A DNA stretch of 64,000 nucleotides from Zootoca vivipara (Eukaryota), in the NCBI RefSeq assembly GCF_963506605.1, contig NC_083284.1, forward strand, positions 40,052,001-40,116,000. Reading direction: 5' to 3'. The notes below the pieces were generated by a model that saw only the letters and a program-made list of their open reading frames with translations, was not told where the DNA came from and did not search any database. Shown here piece by piece: positions 63,231 through 64,000 of this stretch. Position numbers and translations under genes: made by a program. Position 1 is the stretch's first letter. Each line of letters opens with the position of its first letter.

Positions 63231-63269
63231 TCATGACCTCGCAACGATGACTGTTGCATAAATTCAATA

Positions 63270-64000
63270 AGTCCCTTGGAAACCCTTACAGACGTGGCCT
63301 CTTGACATCTTCCAAGATAATAATCCCCACTCACATTATAAAGAGCTCATAACCCATCTACTCTCAGCAGCCAGAAGCATCATAGCCAGACTCGAGAGAC
63401 CTGCCAGGAGTAAACATGGACCAATGGTATCAAATAGTATAGGAAACAGCCTTAGTAGAAGAAAAATTAACCAATAAACTGAAACTGACATGGGGACAAA
63501 TAGAAGAAGACACCTTCACCCTGGTTGGGTTCCCGTTTATCACATACATAGCCCAACAAGACAACAACAATAATCTGCTGACAGCATACAAATCAATATG
63601 TCTAGCCCAGGGGTCAGCAAACCTTTTTAGCAGGGGTCCGGTCCACTGTCCCTCAGACCTTGTGGGGGGCCGGACTATATTTTGAAAAAATATATATGAA
63701 GACATTCCTATGCCCCACAAATAACCCAGAGATGCATTTTAAATAAGAGGACACATTCTACTCATGTAAAAACATGCTGATTCCCGGACCACCCGCGGGC
63801 CGGATTTAGAAGGAGATTGGGCCGCATCTGGCCCCCGGGCCTTAGTTTGAGGACCCCTGGTCTAGCCTGACCCAAAAACCCATACACTCACACACATAAA
63901 CAAATCTCACTACGGCCAACCGAAGACAACCAAGCACACAACCAAGCACACCCCAATCTTTCTTACCACCAAGCAAATATAACAGGTGAATAGAAAGAGA
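63270..64000 (+). mobile_element. L1-type LINE ORF2 C-terminal / 3' remnant, interrupted by a hAT MITE
   Basis: Decayed reading ELITHLLSAARSIIAR...DQWYQIV*ETALVEEKLTNKL...FPFITY resembles non-mammalian L1 ORF2 C-termini. Confidence 0.65.
63608..63859 (+). mobile_element. hAT MITE family 1 nested in an L1 fragment
   Basis: Perfect TSD gtctagcc. TIR CAGGGGTC / GACCCCTG. Confidence 0.9.

Overview
This is vertebrate genomic DNA, almost certainly a squamate and probably a lacertid lizard, judged from Sauria SINEs, RTE-BovB, Penelope fragments and many hAT/TcMar MITEs. It holds the complete coding region of TRIM2 on the + strand: 11 coding exons from 26374 to 47821, 2235 nt, 744 aa, with RING, B-box, coiled-coil, filamin and NHL domains, followed by a ~4.4 kb 3' UTR. 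Downstream lie the CpG-island promoter and first three exons of MND1 (+ strand; ATG at 54090; the gene continues past the window). The upstream 26 kb holds three candidate alternative TRIM2 first exons that would have different translational outcomes. Introns contain many transposons, many with readable target-site duplications (TSDs). Most ORF-track entries are spurious. No prokaryote-type system is present. The most interesting signals are: four G-U-rich RNA hairpins with a shared loop in a 2.4 kb non-autonomous L1-like retroposon; Penelope fragments broken at a minimal hammerhead-like motif; the TRIM2 first-exon/uORF arrangement; a promoter-motif module shared by unrelated MITE families; and a MITE-borne CpG-rich minisatellite in MND1. 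Family names and human comparisons are from recall, not searches.
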